Assembly: GCA_004764695.1 (NCBI GenBank) | Contig: SMSO01000013.1 | Location: forward strand, 1-64,000 | Length of the DNA: 64,000 nucleotides | From: Schizochytrium sp. TIO01 | Lineage: Eukaryota > Protista > Bigyra: Labyrinthulomycetes | Direction: 5' to 3' | Shown: piece after piece, positions 60,786 to 64,000 of the stretch | Numbering within the stretch: the first letter of the stretch is position 1 | Layout: every line of letters begins with the position of its first letter | Program-made: the position numbers and the translations under genes | Notes under the pieces: generated by a model | Databases searched by the model: none | What the model was told of the DNA's origin: nothing | What the model saw: the letters and a program-made list of their open reading frames with translations, nothing else

Positions 60786-63700
60786 ATGATTAGAGAAAAC
60801 ATGATTTCAGATCACTCTTGTGACTTCTTTGGCGAAATGAACAAGCGAACGCTTCGAAAGCTTCGTGAAGGTTCGGTTACCAAAAATAAAGAGTAAGTGT
60901 AAAAGTAAGAGAAGAGCTTAGGACACAGAAACACCAGACCAAGAATATCTAGCCAGTTAGTAAAAATTTGACTTCCCCGATTTGCGTGTTGATCAGCCGT
61001 GCGTGCTTTATTCATGTGCTGGATACAGATTTGAAAGGGTTGCTGACTTTGAACTTGTTGATGATGCAAAATCTCTTTTTTTAATATAATAGACTAAGTG
61101 GGTACCATTGGGCACGAGTTCAAATTAGCAACGAAGGTTGGCAAGCCTTGACTGAGGCAGTGAAGGAAAATCGTGTGGAGTCAACCTTGAAGTGAGTTTT
61201 CGTTAAAGATTCCGTATTCGCGCGGCATTGTAGACGATCATTAAATTAATGACTGACGGAAGCTGTTCTTTCTCGGTGTTTCGGAGGAAATTCTCGATGA
61301 ATAGACTCAAGAACATTATTGAAGTAATATACAGCCACTGTCTAACCTAACCTAACCTAACCTAACCACGCTCTCCTGTCCACGCATTAACCTGCCTGTA
61401 AGCAGACCTGAAACTCCGATAACTCATATATCATCCTCTTTCTCTTTCTCCTGAGTTTGTCATCCTTGTCAGACTACCTCTCCACGCTTCACAGCACAGG
61501 CTACTCTGCAATAAACATTAATATTAGCAATGATCATTGGGTTGCTCTCGCAAACGCACTGAAGGAGACTACAGTATTGTCTGGGCTCATGTAAGTGAGA
61601 ATTTACATCTCGTGTGTTGAGGCAATGGATCTGATCACACCATTTCATGTTTAATTACATATACACTAACATGAATGATTACCCGTCGAGGCACACAATA
61701 CCATTCTTTGATGGTGGCAAACAAGCAGCTTGTGTAACGTCCCATTCACGACTGAAATGATCAAGGGCTTGGATGGTGTTCTCCAGAAGAATCGAGCTTT
61801 GAAGCGTTTGGGGTGAGTTCAGCTAAGTTAAGGTGAAATGCCATCTAGGTCCCACCTGACAGGTTGTCATTTTTTTGACGAGCATGTCATTGGGGACGAC
61901 TTTGTAGGATCATTATTTGAAAACTGCTAACAGTGAGATTATTTGGTGGTTACTATGATACTCCTTGTTATCAATGGGTGCACAGGCTTTTGGATAACAA
62001 TCTTGGGAGTGAAGCTTTTGCGATTTTGGCGGAAGCTCTGAAGATGAATGAGACGCTGAAATGTTTGGAGTGAGTTTGTTGAAGCAGTAAGACAAGATAT
62101 GTGGTCTCTTTGCCGGTCATTAAAGAGTTTTTTGGTAACAAAATGAGAATGACGACTGACGATGGTATAAATTAATGTGGTTTTACTTGTGAGCGAGCAG
62201 GATTGAAAGGAATATCGGGGCTGACGATTGCGTCGTTTTAGCTGATAGTCTAAAGAACAACCAGTCACTGAGTACAGTAAAGTGAGTATAGTCGGCCTTT
62301 GCAATATTTGCTAGATGTTATGTCTTGTCGTGCATATAAGAGAGTTATATGATAGGTAGCTAACAAATTGTGCGATGCGTTGGCATGGTGGTTTCTTGAA
62401 TGAACAGTCTTGATGACAATACGATTGGCAGCAAAGGTTGTTTGGCTTTGGCCGAGGTGCTCAAGGTAAACGAAACGCTGAGAATTCTACAGTAAGTATA
62501 TATAGTCTATGTATGCCGCCGGATACAGGAATGTTTCTGATAGTTGTGCAGGAAGTTCGCTGACGTTACTGTCGATTGATTAAACGATACTGTTGCATAA
62601 TTTTTGACAAGCGGGAGCTTACAGACTTCGTGGTAACAACGTTGGCAGCAATGTACAGTGTTGGCAGATACACTCAAGAAGAACAAGACGCTGACAGAGT
62701 TGGGGTGAGTTGAACACGATTTCAAGTGTATTCATGTGTCTGTGAAATGGTGAACATGTGGGGCACAAGGAGAGGTTTTGCCTTGATCTTTTTAAAATTA
62801 AAAACACATGGTGAGAAATGTTTGAGCAAGGTGGCTGACGTTCAAACTGGAGTGAAATCACTTTTAATTTTTCATTGTCAATTGTGGACCAATAGGCTGG
62901 GGAACAACAATATTGACAACAAAGGTTGTGCAGCGTTGGCGGATGCACTCAAGACAAACCATACGTTGACCATGCTAGAGTGAGTTGACTGCTATACCCT
63001 TTGCATGCATGCAACAAGAGGGATAGTCATATGATATACTGACAGGAAGCATTGGAATGATTACGATTCTGAAAACTATTTATTGTCTTTGGCCGAGTAC
63101 GGATGCGCAGCCTTACATCTAACAAAATCAACGACGAAGGATGGGTGGGCTTGGCGGAAGTACTGAAGGAGAACAAGACGGTGGAAACGTTGCTGTGAGT
63201 TAGACTAGCAATTTATCAGGCTATTGCCGGTACGAGAAGTTACCCATTGTAGCTTCTTTTGCAAAGAGATGACTGACTTTGATATGAATTGACGCATTTT
63301 TCTTTTTCCACAGGATGAATGGAAGCATTGTTGGCGATAAAGGTTGTGCGACGTTTGCCGAGGTACTCCAGAAAAACCATTCGCTGAAAAACCTAGGGTG
63401 AGTTGAGCAATCTATGTGTTAGACCATTCTGAGAATACACGGGCCTTTGTTCAAATACTTGTCTGTTTCAAGTAAACGTTGGAATATTAGAAGCATAGAG
63501 TTGCAGATGTAGTGGGTCCGTACTAATTGTGCAGGAAGACTATTTGTTAAGATAGCTGACTTTCGTGTAAAAATGGAAACAAATGAAATGATTTGCTATT
63601 TCGTTTTGGACTAATAGTCTGGGTACGAAGTACTTTGATAGCACAGGCTTTCGCGCTTTTCTGGATGCAATCGAGGAAAACCAGGTTTTGAAAGCGCTAT

Positions 63701-64000
63701 TGTGAGTTGAATGAATTTTTTTGGGGGGCTCGGACTGATGCAGAAATGATCAGAGGGTCGAAAGAAGTTGTGCAATTACGTGTTTGATTCAAGCAAGTAG
63801 AGCAGGAAGCGATGTTTGTTTTTGAAACCATGAGGAAGCCATTCGTGACACTGTCAGAGGACTAACGTTGGATTGGAAGGGGTTATGGCACCCAACAACG
63901 TTTTGATTTTATTGCTAACTGCAATCTAACAGCTTGAGCGCAATGAGCATTGACGACAAGTTTTGTGTGGCTTTGGGTGAGGTGTTGAAGAAGAACAAGG
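60786..64000 (+). CDS. RI-type LRR protein, third family, with non-repetitive introns (partial; one frameshifted exon, possible pseudogene)
   Basis: Phase-2 AG/GT exons: 60786-60892 (start tentative), 61093-61191, 61495-61590, 61729-61812, 61986-62069 (LLDNNLGSEAFAILAEALKMNETLKCL), 62201-62281, 62408-62491 (LDDNTIGSKGCLALAEVLKVNETLRIL), 62625-62704 (80 nt), 62896-62979, 63111-63194, 63314-63397, 63618-63701, 63933->64000. Confidence 0.8.
61342..61367 (-). repeat. (TTAGG)5 telomere-like tract in an intron
   Basis: ctaacctaacctaacctaacctaacc on the + strand. Confidence 0.7.

Overview
Eukaryotic nuclear DNA. The 18S sequence looks like a thraustochytrid (Labyrinthulomycetes, Aurantiochytrium/Schizochytrium-like; recognised by eye, not searched). 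The window holds two related rDNA-anchored units separated by a 688-N scaffold gap. Each unit runs: 28S end, tRNA-Ser(GCT, intron), tRNA-His remnant, tRNA-Arg(ACG), spacer, 5S, unique DNA, a minus-strand LRR/kinase/RING gene, 5S, then a divergent plus-strand LRR gene. Unit B also has a full 18S-5.8S-28S operon. The main result is that the apparent ~420-bp and ~385-bp 'satellites' are exon-intron arrays. Each unit carries one 84-nt, phase-2/phase-2 exon encoding a 28-aa ribonuclease-inhibitor-type LRR. In the ~420-bp arrays the introns and a 45-nt exon core are almost invariant, while the exon ends encoding the LxxLxLxxN surface come from a small, combinatorially reshuffled pool. Copy B has 23 LRR exons, all in frame (predicted 1623-aa protein); copy A has 5. 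This is a candidate diversifying intracellular immune-receptor system located among rDNA/5S genes. Other observations: a tandem TRIM-like LTR element (5-bp TSD, possible half-tRNA-Lys primer site) in an LRR intron, a TATA box at exactly -30..-23 of all four 5S genes, homology breakpoints at 5S starts, a ~340-bp inversion between units, and divergent 28S copies. All coordinates were read by hand; repeat copy number and the join across the gap depend on assembly quality.
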